NCBI GenBank assembly: GCA_026982215.1
Contig: JALSHN010000036.1
Coordinates: 1 to 31,550 of the forward strand
Source: Gammaproteobacteria bacterium
GTDB lineage: Bacteria > Pseudomonadota > Gammaproteobacteria > S012-40
DNA: 31,550 nt
Reading direction: 5' to 3'
Shown here: positions 31,158 to 31,550 of the stretch, piece by piece
Layout: the number at the start of each line of letters is the position of its first letter
Position numbering within the stretch: position 1 is the first letter of the stretch
The notes under the pieces: generated by a model
What the model was told of the DNA's origin: nothing
Seen by the model: the letters and a program-made list of their open reading frames with translations, nothing else
Database searches by the model: none
Program-made: the position numbers and the translations under genes

Positions 31158-31550
31158 TCATCGGTCGCGGTCGCGGCGGATGCGGCGGTGGATGTCACGC
31201 AGCGGGCGGATCCAGGGGGCTTGGCGGCGCAGTTCGGGGGGGAGGGCGGCCCGGGCCCGTTCGGCGGTGCTGCGGTCGGGGTGTTCGCCGAGGACCAGGG
31301 CGTACCAGGGGCTACCTTGGCGTTGGAAGCGGTAGTAGGCGGCTTGTTTTTCCAGGCGGTGGCGGTGGGCGAAGTCGAGTAGGGCGCGGGGGTCGGGGGT
31401 GCTGATGAGTTGCAGGGTGTAATGCGCCGGGTCGCGTTGCAGCAGCCAGTCGGGGCCGCGCAGGGTGGCGAGGATCGGCGGCAGCGGGGTGCCCGCGCCG
31501 GTCTCGGTGGGCGGGGTCGGTGCGGTGGCGGTCTCTTCGGTTACGGGGGG
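31158..31550 (-). CDS. 3' end of a SPOR-domain (DamX-like) protein, truncated by the window edge and absent from the ORF track
   Basis: Manual translation from 31550: Pro/Thr-rich linker, then [15 protein letters not shown]...WYALVLGEH...A...[15 protein letters not shown], stop at 31160-31158; this is the usual gene upstream of gltB in gammaproteobacteria. Confidence 0.85.
   Translation of the reverse strand, partial: PPVTEETATAPTPPTETGAGTPLPPILATLRGPDWLLQRDPAHYTLQLISTPDPRALLDFAHRHRLEKQAAYYRFQRQGSPWYALVLGEHPDRSTAERARAALPPELRRQAPWIRPLRDIHRRIRRDRDR

Overview
High-GC gammaproteobacterial chromosomal window, mostly housekeeping genes. The left end is the tail of the dcw cluster: murC (partial)-murB-ddl-ftsQ-ftsA-ftsZ-lpxC, dciA on the opposite strand, an M23 peptidase gene and secA. 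The right end is the conserved block of a SPOR/DamX-like gene (partial)-gltB-gltD-hemE. The accessory zone between them (about 11.4-24 kb) holds a single-domain PilZ gene, an orphan flgP-like/flgT-like pair with a divergent exported vWA-like gene, uvrD, a TraF_2/FadL-like outer-membrane barrel, a quinone-oxidoreductase-type MDR, a TRAP transporter with its binding-protein gene convergent to dctQM, a histidine phosphatase, and a tandem two-domain group I truncated hemoglobin. Two candidates stand out. (1) The globin is a 399-bp tandem duplication fused in frame; it retains an internal Shine-Dalgarno and ATG and has a sigma70 promoter overlapped by an NsrR-like box plus its own terminator. (2) The flgP-flgT / vWA-like / PilZ island has sigma54- and sigma28-like motifs in its divergent intergenic region. 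I saw no rRNA, tRNA, CRISPR array or mobile element. All family assignments come from motif recognition by eye; no database searches were run.
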